Assembly (NCBI RefSeq): GCF_001194135.2
Contig: NC_068993.1
Location: 40,517,011 to 40,567,560 of the forward strand
Direction of reading: 5' to 3'
Length of the DNA: 50,550 nucleotides
Origin: Octopus bimaculoides
Lineage: Eukaryota
The notes under the pieces are model-generated. The model saw nothing but the letters and a program-made list of their open reading frames with translations, searched no databases and was not told the DNA's origin. Shown here in pieces: positions 46,976 through 50,550 of the stretch (the stretch's first letter is position 1; every line of letters starts with the position of its first letter). The translations under genes were made by a program, and so were the position numbers.

Positions 46976-47386
46976 GCTTGGGCATGGCTCTGTGGTAAGA
47001 AGCTTGCTTCCCAGCCACATGGTTCTGGGTTCAGACCCACTACATAACACCCTGTGCAATTGTCTTCTACTATAGCCTTGGGCCAACCAAAGCCGTGGTA
47101 AATGGAAACTGAAAGAAGCCCAATNNNNNNNNNNTATATATATATATATATATATTTATGTGTGTATGTTTGTCTCTGTTTGTCTCCTTCCTGCTGTGCT
47201 TGACAACCAATGTTGGTGTGTGTATGTCTCCGTAACTTAGCAATTTGGCAAAAGAGACTGAGAGAATAAGTACCAGGCTTACAAAGAATAAGTCCTGGGG
47301 GTCGATTTCTTTGACTAAAAGCCCTTTGAGGCAGTGCTCCAGTGTGGCCACAGTCAAATGACCGAAACAAGTAAAAGACTAAAAGA
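46976..47386 (+). mobile_element. SINE family B, full length: tRNA/CORE-like head + (TA)n hinge + 3' half
   Basis: head 46976-47124 (A box tggctctgtggtaag, B-like gggttcagaccc), microsatellite and small gap, 3' half 47160-47386 ending gaaacaagtaaaagactaaaaga. Confidence 0.9.
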
Positions 47387-47417
47387 ATGTGTGTGTGTTT
47401 TTTCTGTGGTGGTATCT

Positions 47418-47600
47418 TTTATCTTTTGCTTGTTTCAGTCAGAATAGACTGCTTGAAGGGTTTAGTTTAACAGATTGACGCCAGTACTAATGTATTGAAA
47501 TCTCTATTGCCAAACTGCTAAGTTATGGTGATGTAAACAAACCAACACTGCTTGACAAGTGATGATGTAGGATAAATACAGCATAAACACAAAGCCACGT
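47418..47600 (-). mobile_element. SINE family B, 3' half (degenerate)
   Basis: ttgcttgtttcagtca..ctgctaagttatggtgatgtaaacaaaccaacac. Confidence 0.65.
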
Positions 47601-47654
47601 TGATATACATGCACACATACATATGTTTATATTCTGAGTTCAAATCTTTGAGCT

Positions 47655-48120
47655 GTTGGAAATAGTAACCAAATCTCCCTAAAATCACATCCTGCCATCA
47701 TGGAAAATAAAGTGGCACCAGGTGTGCTGTACTTATGATAAAAAAAAACAGGATGGTCACATACAGGATGTATTTGATCATTAGTGAACATGATAGGGTG
47801 ATCTCAGGGTTAAACAGCAACTACAATAGGCTGATTACTTGTACAGTTGGGATAAGAAACCTGTAAGATGGCTTTCTCCACATTTGGTTGTAGTACAGAA
47901 CAAATAAGAAAACAAGGAAGTCTCACTGCTAAACATAGCAACCAAATCTTTCTCAAATCCTATACTATAGTCTTTATAAAAAGTTCGTATTGAATAATGT
48001 AGTTCTGGGCACCTGGTGTCTAGAAGAAAAAGAAAATGCTGAGATAATTAAAGATTTCTGATCACATGCATGTTTTGATCACTAATTTGCTTAGCCAGGA
48101 CAGACTAGGACCAAACAATA
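47655..48120 (+). mobile_element. two tandem degenerate copies of the ...aaacaac family (47655-47822 and 47915-48120)
   Basis: both begin agca/taaccaaatct(c/t)(c/t)ctcaaatc and end gg..aaaca(g/a)caac. Confidence 0.55.
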
Positions 48121-48530
48121 ACAAATGAATAAAAGAAAATGAGAAAATGAGACAGGTGACAAACATTTGCTAAACCATCATCATTATCATTTAACATTTG
48201 TTGTCCATACTGGATGGTTTCACCGGGGATAGTAAGTTGAAGGGCTGCACTTACATATGTGTTTATAACAAAAACAGGTATAAATCAAATATTAGGAGTG
48301 AGATAGATATTACCAACATGTTCAATAGGAAATGGGGTCCCTTCAAACAAAATAGTTTCCTAAATATAAATTACCAATTAGCTTAGTGCTAGCAAGCAAT
48401 GGTAAAGGCTATACTTCTACTGACAAAGGCTAAGAAATAGAAACATCTAGAGTCGTTTCCTTTGATAATTTTTTTACAAAACAATAATGTTAGTTAATCC
48501 TTAATATTTTACATAAGAAAAATATTTTAT

Positions 48531-49038
48531 GAAGGCACATGGCTTAGTGGTTAGGTTATTCAGCTCACAATCATAAGGTCATGAGTTTGATTTCTGGCAA
48601 CATATTGTGTCCTTGAGCAAGACACTTTATTTCACAATGCTAGCAAAAATGTGTTGTACCAGTAGTTGAAAAGAACCAGCCTTGTCATATTTTCCTTCAT
48701 TTTCTACAATCTGGTAGACTTGCAAGGCCCCATTTCCAAAATTCACTTATCCATGACAAAAAACCTTCCTCCGGTACTGTTCTGACCTTGTCTACAGAAT
48801 TCATATTTTTTTTGGTCCAAATGATTTTGAAGGCTGCAGAATAAATGATAATCAGATGGGGCAGTGTCCAGTGAATATGGTGTGTGGGATTTGTTTCCCA
48901 TTCAAACTACTTCAGAACTACATTAAGGGTACGTGTGTCCGTAGAGTGCTCATCCATCTGCACGTTAATTTCATGAACATGCTGTTCCATTGATTGTATC
49001 AACTGGAACCTTTGTCATCGTTACTGACTGAGTGCCAG
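48531..49038 (+). mobile_element. SINE family E, tail type 2, interrupted by a mariner fragment
   Basis: head/core 48531-48690 and tail 48910-49038 are collinear with 9644-9925. Confidence 0.8.
48688..48911 (-). mobile_element. TIR-less internal fragment of the same mariner family as 39792-40650
   Basis: minus strand reads PYSLDTAPSDYHLFCSLQNHLD..NSVDKVRTV..SEFWKWGLASLPD, aligning to 40390-40625. Confidence 0.9.
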
Positions 49039-49622
49039 TCGTATTAGTTCATGCAGAAATGCTATAGTCTTCAAGTAACCTTTTGTTGCATCTAAAAGCT
49101 CTTTCCACTCCTGACTTCATAAACCACAATCTTGGGCAACAGAACCAGTGTTAAACAGACAAGAGCAACTAAATTTTATGCGCCTTGGTCAAGCAGGACA
49201 ACACTTTATCTTTCTGTGGTAAAAAACTGAACTGATCAGTCATGTAGTCAGATGTTCAGCCCTAACTAATAATGGCTTTCATATGAAATTGAACTCATAT
49301 CCCAAGAACATTGAATGACAGAGCCTTTTTATTTATCAATTCATGTACATAAATTTCAACTTTCTATTATATAGAAATAGTATTTAAATTTGAATATATT
49401 TATCTGTTAATACCCATTGTATAATCAACTGGAAAGCCGCCATCTCAAATATAGACTTGCTTGTTAAGAACCGAAATATTTAACTTATAACAGTTGATAG
49501 AATCTTTATTTTTCTTTCATGAAATCGTACTATGAATATTTAAGTATAGATATTTTCTGTTATGTTTTTTTTTTCTTCAATATATATGTAGACACACACA
49601 TATGTGTATATGTATACATATA

Positions 49623-49681
<59 letters not shown>

Positions 49682-50147
49682 NNNNNNNNNNNNNNNNNNN
49701 NNNNNNNNNNNNNNNNNNNNNNNNNNNNNNNNNNNNNNNNNNNNNNNNNNNNNNNNNNNNNNNNNNNNNNNNNNNNNNNNNNNNNNNNNNNNNNNNNNNN
49801 NNNNNNNNNNNNNNNNNNNNNNNNNNNNNNNNNNNNNNNNNNNNNNNNNNNNNNNNNNNNNNNNNNNNNNNNNNNNNNNNNNNNNNNNNNNNNNNNNNNN
49901 NNNNNNNNNNNNNNNNNNNNNNNNNNNNNNNNNNNNNNNNNNNNNNNNNNNNNNNNNNNNNNNNNNNNNNNNNNNNNNNNNNNNNNNNNNNNNNNNNNNN
50001 NNNNNNNNNNNNNNNNNNNNNNNNNNNNNNNNNNNNNNNNNNNNNNNNNNNNNNNNNNNNNNNNNNNNNNNNNNNNNNNNNNNNNNNNNNNNNNNNNNNN
50101 NNNNNNNNNNNNNNNNNNNNNNNNNNNNNNNNNNNNNNNNNNNNNNN

Positions 50148-50471
50148 GAGAGAGAGAGAGAGAGAGAGAGAGAGTTAGAAAAAGAGAAAAGAAGAGAGAG
50201 ATAGTGTGAGGGGGGAGCGAAGATATCTGATACTTGTTAGTTTCATATAAATATGAAAAAAAAAAATCTTCATTTCTTTCTCCTCAATCAGATTTTTCTG
50301 ATAAATATATGTATATTTATATTTATGTGTTTGGGTGTGTAAACATACGTGTATGTATATATATCTGTATTTGTGTTTGTGTAGATATATATGTATACAT
50401 ATCTATCTATCTATCTCTCTTTATCCGTCTGTCTCTCTATCTCTGTGTGTGTGTATATATATATATATATG

Positions 50472-50550
<79 letters not shown>
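50148..50550. repeat. (GA)n, compound TG/TATC and terminal (TA)n microsatellites
   Basis: direct reading. Confidence 0.9.

Overview
This is AT-rich, microsatellite-dense eukaryotic DNA from a gapped draft assembly, with 12 N-gaps mostly flanked by (TA)n, (CA)n or (ATT)n tracts. The repeat content fits an octopod cephalopod genome best; this is an inference from repeat style, not a database match. I could not support any intact host gene. The long ORFs in the track arise from microsatellites, N-runs or T-rich composition. Interpretable content is almost all mobile DNA: (i) at least four tRNA-headed or SINE-like families in dozens of copies, with modular head/tail exchange; (ii) many 5'-truncated 3' ends of an RTE-like LINE, some with an internal ~24-bp VNTR; (iii) protein-level fossils of RTE, Rex3/Expander-like RTE, CR1-group and R4/Dong-like LINEs; (iv) a deleted D,D34D mariner plus a TIR-less fragment of it inside a SINE; (v) a D,D37D (maT) transposase fragment; (vi) a Helentron/HINE-like element, hAT-like MITEs and TTAA-bounded MITEs. 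The most unusual structures are a Penelope-type minimal hammerhead ribozyme candidate (13111-13176, minus), a spacer-less 116-bp palindrome (26743-26858), a long inverted repeat across a gap (7072-7600) and a diverged 187-bp duplication with codon-like divergence (21730-22081). Repeat boundaries were read by eye and are approximate to about 10-20 bp. Family labels A, B, C and E are my own working names.
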